Assembly (NCBI RefSeq): GCF_018350175.1
Contig: NC_058368.1
Span: 183,088,001 to 183,152,000 of the forward strand
DNA: 64,000 nt
Reading direction: 5' to 3'
Origin: Felis catus
Taxonomy: Eukaryota
A program made the position numbers and the translations under genes. Of this stretch, positions 26,514-37,000 are shown in pieces. Each line of letters opens with the position of its first letter. Within the stretch, counting starts at the first letter, position 1. The notes under the pieces are model-generated. The model was not told the origin of the DNA. It worked only from the letters and a program-made list of their open reading frames with translations, and searched no databases.

Positions 26514-28290
26514 CATTCAATTATTTACCCAACATTTATTTATCAAGATCATACTCTGTGTCAGGCCATGTTGTAAACACTGGAGGTAAATCAGTGAGCA
26601 CAAGAGATGAAAATTCTTACACAGATCTTATAATCTAGTGGTTACTAAAGAAAATAAACAAGCATGTTATGTAATATGTTAGTTCCTGATGAAAGGTGAA
26701 AGCAAATCATGTATAGAATGATGAGTGGGTGGGGAGAGTTGCTATTTCGAAAAGGGAATTGCAATTTTAGATGGGTTGTGCTTTCTTGAGAAGGTGACAT
26801 TTAACCAGAGATTTGATGGAGGTGTAACTATTGATAAAGAGTAGGGGTGGGAATGGAGGGTGTTCCAGGCAGAAAGGACAGCTAGTGGAGAGGCGTTCTG
26901 ATGGAGGAGAGAGGGGATGTTCAAAGAAGTAGAAGAAGACAATGGCTGGAGTTATGCAAAATAGGAACAAAAAGAAAAGAAGGTCAGAAAGATAATGTGG
27001 GATGGGAGTAAAGTAAACAGAGGTCATACAGGGCTCTGTTGGTCATCACAAAATTTTTATTTTTGCACTGAATAAACTGGGAACACTGGCGTGATTTGAC
27101 ACACTGTAAGGGTTAAATTGTAGTGTAGGGCTAACCTGTAGCCTTGAGAAATAACAGCTTTGTTTTGACACTGTAGGTTAGGAGATAACAGCCTTGTCCT
27201 ATCAATCCAGGGAACAAAAGTTCAAGGAAAATCAACTGGATTAGTGTTTGATTGAATTGGGGCAAGGGCATGTCTGAACTGTTTCCACCCCCATCTGGGA
27301 ACTATTTATTTGTTCTGTTCCCAGGTGATAATAAGACAATGTGGTGGACTATAAAAACTCTGTACCCCAGCTGTTCAAGGCCGCACTCTGGTCAAGAGTG
27401 TAGGTCCCCCTCAGTCGGCTTTGCCTCTCATTGCAATAAACTTTGTGGTGACTGTCACTGGTGTCCTTAGCATTCTGTTTCAGGAGTCCTGTAGCTCCAA
27501 CAATACCAGTTCACCTGCTTTGTTGGAAGGAAAGCAAAAGAAATAGCTGGCAGACCACTTGGAAGCTATTGCAATAATCATGTGAAAGAAATTGGTAGTT
27601 TCCATGATAGTGATAGCAATGGAAATAAAGAGAAGAGTCAGATTCCTGATATATTTTAAAGATATATTTAAAGGTCAACTGTACTTCTTGATTAGATGAA
27701 GGGTGTGAGAAGGAAAAGAAGTCAAGGGCAATTCAAACTTTGGCTTGGGTGATTGGTAGAAAGGAGTTATTATGTAAAAGACCAGGAAAAATTTCAGGAA
27801 AGACGTTGATTTGGGGAAGAAGATCAATGTCAACTTGGTTGGCATTAAGTTTGAGATACCTTTATATGTCCAGGAGTAGACATGAATATTTGGTTTGTTG
27901 TTCAGGAGAGATATCAGGATTATAAATAAAAGTTGGAGTCATCAGCATATAAATGGTACTTAGAGTCATGACACTAGATAAGAATATGAAGAGAAGGAGA
28001 CTAAAAGAAAGTAAAGAGATGCAAGGACTAAATTCTGTGAGAGTCCACTGTTGAGAGGATGAAAAGATAAGAAATCTGAAAAAGTGACAAACTAAGAAGT
28101 CACAGAAATAGAAGGAAAACCAGTAGAATAAGTTCTTCTAAATGCCAATTTTATGAAGTGTATTAAGGAGGAAAGACTGTGTCATGGTTGTTGATTGTCC
28201 AAGTATGAGGACTCAGAGGAGAGAAAAACAAACAAACAAACAAACAAAAACACTGGGTTTGCAGTGTAGATTAATTAGCAACCTCAACAA
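26514..28290 (-). mobile_element. L2 element, interrupted by the solo LTR
   Basis: Antisense L2 3' end (CATTCAA…ACATTTATT…TGTGTCAGGC) plus internal motifs TTAAGTTTGAGATACCT and TTGGAGTCATCAGCATATAAATGG. Confidence 0.8.
27105..27502 (+). mobile_element. Solo ERV LTR (ERV1-like), 398 bp, inserted in L2
   Basis: TG…CA termini, TATAAAA at 27350-27356, AATAAA at 27435-27440, and 4-bp flanks ACAC/ATAC. Confidence 0.8.
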
Positions 28291-28291
28291 A

Positions 28292-28507
28292 GGGGTGTGT
28301 GGGTGGCTCAGTAGGTTAAGTGTCTGGTCACTCTTGATTTCTTTGGCTCAGACCCTGATTATGGTTCAGTTCCTGAGACTGAGCCCTGCACTGGGCTCTG
28401 TGCTCAAAACCTGGAGCCTGCTTGTGATTCTCTCTCTCTGTCCCTCTCCTGCTCACATACATTCTTTTTCTCTTTCTCAAAATAAATAAAAATAAACATT
28501 AAATAAA
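28292..28507 (+). mobile_element. CanSINE (diverged)
   Basis: GGGTGGCTCAGTAGGTTAAG head and a degenerate TSD AATTAG…TCAACAAA. Confidence 0.92.
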
Positions 28508-28672
28508 AATTAGGGGCTTCAACAAATGCAGGTTATCATGAGTCCTAAGGGAAATGTTGGAATGATGTACATTCAAAGGAGAACTGGTTTCAAGTTAAGA
28601 ATGCAGATTGAACCCATGCATGCAATTTTTCTTCCTCCAAAACACCACTATAAATATTAATAGAGTGTTCGT

Positions 28673-29596
28673 GAGAGAGGAGGAAGATGGCGGGGTAGGA
28701 CGATGCTGGGCTCACCGCGTCCTGCTGATAACTTAGATTCCACCCACACTTGCCTAAATAACCCAGAAAACCACCAGAAGACTAGCAGAACAGATTCTCT
28801 GGAGCCAAGCGCAGACAAGAGGCCCACAGAAGAGGGTCGGAAGGGCAGAGAGGCGGTGCGCGCTCCACACACTGGCGGGTGGGAGCCAGGGCAGAGGGGC
28901 ATCCCCCTGGCAAAGCAGAGGCCCCAAGTCTGGCTTGCAAAACTGGAGGGGCCAGTCGGAGTGTGTTCAGACAGCAAGTGGGACTGAACATCTGGAAGGT
29001 TATAAGCTAACAGCTCTGCTCAGAGAGCAGAAGGGCTGGAGGACAACAGGAGGGAGAGTTGTTGAGCCCCCGATGACAGAGCTAGGCTTGGCGGGGAACA
29101 AAGGGGCTCGCCAGCGCCATCCCCCTCGCCCATCCCTCAGCCAAAATCCCAAAGGAAACCATTTCCTGTCAGGGAACTTGCTTGCACCACGAAAACACCC
29201 AATGCTGTGCTTCTGTGGATCCATCCCTCCAGCAGTGGGTCTGACTCACTCCCGGTGCCGCAGGGCTCCTCATGAAGCAGATCACCCAAAGAAAAGTGAG
29301 CTGAGCCTGCCCCTCCCGACCCTGTGCACCTTGCCAATCCACCCCAGCTAAAACACCAGATCCCCAGCACCACAAGCCTGGCAGTGTGCAAGTAGCCCAG
29401 ACGGGCCACGCCACCCCACAGTGAATCCTGCCCTTAGGAGAGAGGAAGAGAAGGTATACACCAGTCTGACTGGCCCCAGCAGTGGGCTGGGGGCAGACAT
29501 CAGGTCTGAATGCGGCCCCGCCCACCAACGCAAGTTATTCAAGACAGCACAGGGGAAATGCCCTGCAGTTCCGCATCACTCCAGGGACTATCCAAA
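28673..29596 (+). promoter_or_regulatory. L1 5'UTR internal promoter with YY1-type motif
   Basis: The only extended CpG-rich tract in the window. AAGATGGCG at 28684-28692 lies where L1 5' ends typically carry a YY1 site. Confidence 0.8.
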
Positions 29597-30532
29597 ATGA
29601 CGAAATGGAAGAATTCCCCTCAAAAGAATCTCCAGGAAATAACGACAGCTAGCGAACTGATCAAAAAGGGTTTAAACAATATAACAGAAAGTGAACTTAG
29701 AATAATAGTCATAAAATTAATCACTGGGCTTGAAAACATACAGGAGAGCAGAGAACCTCTTGCAACAGAGATCAAGGGACTAAGGAACAGCCAGGAGGAG
29801 CTAAAAAATGCTACAAACGAGCTGCAAAATAAAATGGAGACAACTACGGCTCCGATTGAAGAGGCAGAGGAAAGAATAGTTGAACTGGAAGATAAAATTA
29901 TGGAAAAAGAGGAAGCTGAGAAAAAGAGAGATAAAAAAATCCAGCAGTATTAGGGGAAAATTAGAGAACTAAGTCATGCACTAAAGAGAAATAATCTACG
30001 CATAATTGGTATTCCAGAGGAGGAAGAGAGAGGGAAAGGTGCTGAAGGTATACTTGAAGAAATAATAGCTGAGAACTTCCCTGACTGGGGAAGGAAAAAG
30101 GCACTGAAATCCAAGAGGAACAGAGAACTCCCTTCAGACGTAACTTGAATCGATTTTCTGCACGACATATCATAGTGAAACTGGCAGGGGTCCCTGGATG
30201 GCTCAGTTGGTTAAGCATAGTGAAACTGGCAAAATACTAGGATAAAGAGAAAATTCTGAAAGCAGCTAGGGATAAACGTGCTCTAACATATAAAGGGAGA
30301 CCGATAAGACTCGTGATGGATCTCTCTACTGAAATTTGGCAGGCCAGAAAGGAATGGCAGGAAATCTTCAATGTGATGAACAGAAAAAAATATGCAGCTG
30401 AGAATCCTTTATCCAGCAAGTCTGTCATTTAGAATAGAAGGAGAGATAAAGGTCTTCCCAAACAAACAAAAACTGAAGGAATTCATCACCACTAAACCAG
30501 CCCTACAAGAGATCCTAAGGGGGATCCTGTGA
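29597..30532 (+). pseudogene. L1 ORF1p (coiled-coil RNA-binding protein), disrupted
   Basis: ATG at 29597 gives MTKWKNSPQKNLQE...ELEDKIMEKEEAEKKRDKK. Premature TAG at 29951-29953, frameshifts and a SINE-head insertion follow. Native end ...LRGIL* with TGA at 30530-30532. Confidence 0.92.
30187..30215 (+). mobile_element. 29-bp CanSINE 5' head, no tail, inside L1 ORF1
   Basis: GGGGTCCCTGGATGGCTCAGTTGGTTAAG lies between perfect copies of CATAGTGAAACTGGCA (30171-30186, 30216-30231). Confidence 0.9.
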
Positions 30533-30582
30533 GACAAAGTACCAGAGACATCGCTACAAGCATGAAATCTATGGACATCACA

Positions 30583-33500
30583 ATGACTCTAAACTCATAT
30601 CTTTCTATAATAACACTGAATGTAAATGGACTAAATGCGTCAACCAAAAGACATAGGGTATCAGAATGGATAAAAAAACAAGACCCATCTATCTGCTGCC
30701 CACAAGAGACTCATTTTAGACCTGAGGACACCTTCAGATTGAGAGTGAGGGGATGGAGAACTATTTATCATGCCACTGGAAGTCAAAAGAAAGCTGGAGT
30801 AGCCATACTTTTATCAGACAAACTAGACTTTAAATTAAAAGTTGTAACAAGAGATGAAGAAGGGCATTATATAATAATCACAGGGTCTATCCATCAGGAA
30901 GAGCTAACAATTATAAATGTCTATGCGCCAAATACGGGAGCCCCCAAATATATAAAACAATTACTCACAAACATAAGCAACCTTATTGATAAGAATGTGG
31001 TAATTGCAGGGAACTTTAACAACCCACTTACAGAAATGGATAGATCATCTAGACACACGGTCAATAAAGAAACAAAGGCCCTGAATGACACATTGAATCA
31101 GTTGGACTTGACAGATATATTTAGAACTCTGCATCCCAAAGCAACAAAATAGACTTTCTTCTCGAGTGCACATGGAACATTCTCCAAGATAGATCAAATT
31201 CTGGGTCACAAAACAACCCTTCATAAGTACACAAGAATTGAGATCATACCATGCATACTTTCACACCACAGTGCCATGAAGCTTGAAATCAACCACAGGA
31301 AAAAGTCTGGAAAACCTCCAAAAGCATGGAGGTTAAAGAACACCCTACTAAAGAATGAATGGGTCTAACAGGCAATTAGAGAAGAAATTTAAATATATAT
31401 GGAAACAAACAAAAATGAAAATACAACAATCCAAACGCTTTGGGATGCAGCAAAGGCAGTCCTGAGAGGAAAATACATTGCCATCCAGGCCTATCTCAAG
31501 AAACAAGAAAAATCCCAAATACAAAATCTAACAGCACACCTAAAGGAAATACAAGCAGAATAGCAAAGACACCCTAAATCCAATAGAAGAAGAGAAATAA
31601 TAAAGATTAGAGCAGAAATAAACAATATAGAAACTAAAAAAAAAAAAAAAAACAAAAAACTGTATAGCATATCAATGAAACCAAGAGTTGGTTTTTTGAA
31701 AAAAATAAACAAAATTGCTAAACCTCTAGTCAGGCTTCTCAAAAAGAAAAGGGAGATGACCCAAATAGATAAAATTATCAATGAAAATGGAATTATTATA
31801 ACCAATTCCCTCAGAAATGCAAGCAATTATCAGGGAATACTAAGAAAAACTATATGCCAACAAACTGGACAACCTGGAAGAAATGGACAAATTCCTAAAC
31901 ACCCACACAATTCTAAAACTCAATCAGGAGGAAAGAGAAAGCTTGAACAGACCCATAACCAGTGAAAAACTTGAGTCAATTATCAAAAATCTCCCAACAA
32001 ATAAGAGTCCAGGACCAGACGGCTTCCCAGGGGAGTTCTACCAGACTGTGTTTTTTTTAGTTTTTTTTTAAATGTTTATTTATTTTTGAGACAGAGAGAG
32101 ACACAGCATGAGCAGGGAAGGGGCACAGAGAGAGAGGGAGACACAAAATGTGAAGCAGGCTCCAGGCTCCGAGCTGTCAGCACAGAGCCTGACGCAAGGC
32201 TCAAACTCACGAACCGTGAGATCATGACCTGAGCTGAAGTCGGATGCTTAACCGACTGAGCCACCAGGTGTCCATCTACCAGACTTTTAAGCACAGATAA
32301 TACCTATCCTTCTCAAGCTGTTCCCAAAAATAGAAAGGGAAGGAAAACTTCCAGACTCATCCTATCAAGCCAGTATTACTTCGATTTCGAAACCAGACAG
32401 AGACCCAGTAAAAAAGAGAACTACAGGCCGATATCCCTGATGAATATGGATGCAAAAATTCTCAATAAGATACTAGCAAATCAAATTCAACACCATATAA
32501 AAATAATTATTCACCATGATCAAGTGGGATCCATTCCTGGGATGCAGGGCTGGTTCAACATTCGCAAATCAATCATTGTGATACATCACATTAATAAAAG
32601 AAAAGATAAGAACCATATGATCCTGTCAACCGATGCAGAAAAAGCATTTGACAAAATTCAGCATCCTTTCTTAATAAAAACCCTTGAGAAAGTCAGGATA
32701 GAAGGAACATACTTAAACATCATAAAAGCCATTTATGAAAAGCCCACAGCTAACATCATCCTCAATGGGGAAAAACTGAGAGCTTTTTCCCTGAGATCAG
32801 GAACACGGCAGGGATGTCCACTCTCACCGCTGTTGTTTAACATATTGTTGGAAGTGCTAGCATCAGCAATCAGACAACAAAAGGAAACCAAAGGCATCAA
32901 AATTGGCAAAGATGAAGTTAAGCTTTCACTTTTTGCAGATGACATGATATTATACATGGAAAATCCCATAGACTCCACCGGAAGTCTGCTAGAACTGATA
33001 CATGAATTTAGCAAAGTTGCAGGATACAAAATCAATGTACAGAAATCAGTTGCCTTCTTATACACTAATAATGAAGCAACAGAAAGACAAAAAAAGAAAC
33101 TGATCCCATTCACAATTGCACCAAGAAGCATAAAATAGCTAGGAATAAATCTAACCAAAGATGTAAAAGATCTGTATGCGGAAAACTATAGAAAGCTTAT
33201 GAAGGAAATTGAAGAAGATATAAAGAAATGGAAAAACATTCCATTCTCATGGGTTGGAAGAAGAAATATTTTCAAAATGTCAATACTACCCAAAGCTATC
33301 TACCTATTCAATGCAATCCCAATCAAAATTGCACCAGCATTCTTCTCGAAACTAGAACAAGCAATCCTAAAATTCCTGTGGAACCACAAAAGGCCCCGAA
33401 TAGCCAAAGTAATTTTGAAGAAGACCAAAGCAGGAGGCATCACAATCCCAGACTTTAGCCTCTACTACAAAGTTGTAATCATCAAGACAGCATGGTACTG

Positions 33501-34659
33501 GCACAAAAACAGAAACATAGACCAGTGGAATAGAATAGAGAACCCAGAAATGGACCCACAAATATATGGCCAACTAGCCTTTGAAAAGGCAGGAAAGAAT
33601 ATCCAATGGAAAAAAAGACAGTCTCTTTAACAAATGGTGTTGGGAAGACTGGACAGCAACATGCAGAAGGTTGAAACTAGACCACTTTCTCACACCATTC
33701 ACAAAAACAAACTCAAAATGGATAAAGCACCTGAATATGAGACAGGAAACTATCAAAACCCTAGAGGAGAAAACAGGAGAAGACCTCTCAGACCTCAGCT
33801 GTAGCAATTTCTTACTTGAGACATCCCCAAAGGCAAGGGAATTCAAACCAAAAATGAACTATTGGGACCTCATGAAGATAAAATGATTCTGCACTACAAA
33901 GGAAACAAACAACAAAACTAAAAGGCAACCAATGGAATGGGAAAAGATATTTGCACATGACATATCGGACAAAGGGCTAGTATCCAAAAATCTGTAAAGA
34001 GTTCACCAAACTCTACACCCGAAAAACAAATAATCCGGTGAAGAAATGGGCAGAAAACGTGAATAGACACTTCTCTAAAGAAGACATCTGGATGGCCAAC
34101 AGGCACACAAAAAGATGCTCAACGTCGCTCCTCATCAGGGAAATACAAATCAAAACCACACTCAGATATCACCTCACGCCAGGCAGAGTGGCCAAAATGA
34201 ACAAATCAGGAGACTATAGATGCTGGAGAGGGTGTGGAGAAACAGGAACCCTCTTGCACTGTTGGTGGGAATGCAAACTGGTGCAGCCGCTCTGTAAAAC
34301 AGTGTGGAGGTTCCTTAAAAAATTAAAAATACATCTTCCCTACGACCCAGCAGTAGCACTGCTAGGAATTTACCCAAGGGATACAGGAGTACTGATGCAT
34401 AGGGGCACTTGTACCCCAATGTTTTAGCAGCACTCTCAACAATAGCCAAATTATGGTAAGAGCCTAATGTCCATCAACTGATGAATGGATAAAGAAATTG
34501 TGGTTTATATACACAATGGAGTACTATGTGGCAATGAGAAAGAATGAAATATGGCCCTTTGTAGCAACATGGATGGAACTGGAGAGTGTGATGCTAAGTG
34601 AAATAAGCCATACAGAGAAAGACAGATATCATTTGTGTTCACTCTTATGTGGATCCTGA
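30583..34659 (+). pseudogene. L1 ORF2p (APE endonuclease, reverse transcriptase, C-terminal CCHC), disrupted
   Basis: Motifs [40 protein letters not shown] (32932-32943) and [18 protein letters not shown]. Stops at 31150-31152 and 33136-33138, several frameshifts, and a SINE at 32048-32274. EN motifs are mutated: GDFN reads GNFN and SDH reads SHH (31261-31269). Confidence 0.95.
32048..32274 (-). mobile_element. CanSINE inserted in L1 ORF2
   Basis: TSD TCTACCAGACT (32037-32047, 32275-32285). Confidence 0.96.
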
Positions 34660-35610
34660 GAAACTTAACAGGATCCCATGGGGGAGGGGAAGGGAAAAAA
34701 AAAAAAAGAGGTTAGAGTGGGAGAGAGCCAAAGCATAAGAGACTCTTAAAAACTGAGAACAAACTAAGGGTTGATAGGGGGTGGGAGGGAGGGGAGGGTG
34801 GGTGATGGGTATTGAGGAGGGCACCTTTTGGGATGAGCACTGGGTGTTGTATGGAAACCAATTTGACAATAAATTTCATATATTAAAAAATAAATAAAGA
34901 TCTATTGGTTAAATAAAAAAAAATAGAGTGTTCGTTCATTCGCTATTTAGACATAAACACATAGAATGGAAAGAAAAGGAGAAAAAAATCAACAACATTA
35001 TGTAATCTGAAAATCGGATAGATGAGGAGAAAGAAATTTACCTGACAGAAGAATTGCAAGCTGGCAGGGAAAATTCCAGAAACTAACCTGATTTATACCT
35101 CAAATTAATTGAAGTATGTATGCGGAATGCTTAACTCAAAGAATCTCAACACATTTTACAGAATGCTAACTCCCAGAATATCAGTATGTAGACCTCTACT
35201 CTCTAGTAAAAGTTTGAAGAAGCTTTCTCTGGGAAATCTGACCATTCTAAGAAGAAATATCAAAGAATGCTTATCTAAGGAAGTTCCAACAAATGACTTT
35301 CCCAGGGACATCCACGGTGAAGACCAAAGTCAACAAACACCACCTAAGTATTCATAACTTCAAGTTACCTCTTAAGTTTCCAAATATAATCATGAAATAG
35401 ACAATCCGGATTACATCACATCTAAAGAAATTCCCTAATACGGAGAACAGAGAACAAAACCAGTCAATATAATGAAACACGGATGAACAAATTATTCAGA
35501 AAAGAAAACTCTAATCATTACCTTCAGGTTGATAAGAGTCTATGCTCTCATATAGCAAAATTATATTGTTATTTTTGAAGAATTATTTAGAGAATAAAAA
35601 TGGTCCTTGA

Positions 35611-35815
35611 GGGGAACATGGGTGGCTCAGTAGATTAAGTGTTCAACTTCTGCTCAGGTCATGATCTCAGGGTTCGAGAGTTCAATCCCCACATTGGGCT
35701 CTCTGCAATTAGTGAAGAGCTTACTGCAGATCCTCTGTCCCCCTCTCTCTGCCCCTTCCCCACTCACTCACTCTCAAAAGTAAATAAACATTGACAAAAA
35801 TAAATGCTTCAAAAG
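35611..35815 (+). mobile_element. CanSINE inside the HAL1-like element
   Basis: TSD AAA(A/T)TGGTCCTTGA. Confidence 0.93.
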
Positions 35816-35851
35816 AAATTGGTCCTTGATAATAAAAACCATAGTGGAAAA

Positions 35852-35886
<35 letters not shown>

Positions 35887-36599
35887 CCATCAATAGAGAG
35901 ACTCAAAGATAAAATTAAGAAAATTACTAGAAAATATGTCAAAGGACACAATAATGAAAGATGAGGAAAAAGATATGAAAACCAGAGCACATAACAATAT
36001 TGTCTCACATGGGATTAAGAGGAGTTCTAAAACACTGAGAAATGGAAAAAAATAATAAAATAAAGTGTTTGAGAAAATTTCCAGTTCTAAAGGATATGAG
36101 TTTTGGTATTAAGTGTGCTACAGATTGTCTAGAACAACTAGAAGAAATAGTAAAAATGTCCTGAAATATGGGGCCAAAAAAGAATATTTTAAAATTTTCT
36201 GAGGAGAATACTGGAAGTTGTGGACAAATACTGGTTATCAGAAGGTTTTGCAATTTCCCAAAAGCACTATCAGATGCTTGAAGACAAGAGAGCAAAACTT
36301 CAAATTTTGAAGGAAAATAATTTCCTACATAAAATTATATACTGAGCTAAAATATATCTGAAAGGAAAAGGTAGAATAAAGTTATTTTAAGGCAAATATG
36401 ATGTTTTCAAAATCATACCTCTCACACAGTTTATTATTATTTTTTTTTATTCGGAACTTTACTAAAGAATATGCTTCACCAAAATAAAGGTATAAACCAA
36501 TATAGAGGATTATATGACTGACATGCAGGATATATGAGCCAAGGAAGAGCCTAGCAGGTTTACCACGAGGGAGAACTAGTCATATCTTTCCGTTTCACC

Positions 36600-37000
36600 T
36601 TTTTGTTCCCCTTGTATCACTCTATACTCTTAACTGCGGTCACATTCCATTTCCCAGTTTATACCAGCCTTTTCCTCTTCACACTTTGCACACGCTGCTC
36701 CCACAACACAAGGATATTTATCTATCTTGAAACTATCTTTAGTATTCGGTTCAGAAATATCTACGCTTCTACTTACTCCCTAAAAAAACCTTCAGTGATG
36801 CTCTACTCTGAGTAAAGTGACTTTGCTCTGAGTTGTCCAAGCCTCTAGGGAAGCATTAAATATTCTGTACTTTTCTCCTTAGAAGCCTGACTCCTGCCTA
36901 CTGAGCTACATATCCCTTGAGGACAGGGGCTGTGTTATATTTCCTTTGTATCTCTAGCAACCTGTCTGATGCTCAATAAATATTGAATGAGTAAATGAAG
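36600..37000 (+). mobile_element. L2 3' end
   Basis: CCCTTGAGGACAGGGGCTGTG…GCTCAATAAATATTGAATGAGTAAATG. Confidence 0.7.

Larger units (their letters stand above)
28673..34921 (+). mobile_element. Full-length felid LINE-1 (L1_Fc-like), inactivated, carrying two nested SINE insertions
   Basis: Starts GAGAGAGGAGGAAGATGGCG. It has a GC/CpG-rich 5'UTR, ORF1, ORF2 (EN, RT, CCHC), a G-rich 3'UTR and an A-tail. Perfect TSD AATAGAGTGTTCGT at 28659-28672 and 34922-34935. Confidence 0.97.
28580..36560 (+). mobile_element. Ancient HAL1/L1M-type element, split by the young L1 and by a SINE
   Basis: 5'-end-like sequence at 28580-28660 (GTTAAGAATGCAGATTGAAC...AAAACACCACTA) resumes after 34935. Decayed ORF1-like segments (TTTTGAAGGAAAATAATTTCC; GAATATGCTTCACCAAAATAAAGGTATAAACCAA) resemble the HAL1 consensus as I recall it. 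Confidence 0.6.

Noticed and set aside
28657..29542. Dense overlapping ORFs and a CpG island suggesting a host gene promoter
   Set aside because: The region lies within the L1 5'UTR bounded by the TSD, and high GC content explains the open frames.
28673..34921. Possibility that the full-length L1 is active
   Set aside because: Both ORFs have premature stops, frameshifts and SINE insertions, and endonuclease catalytic motifs are mutated.
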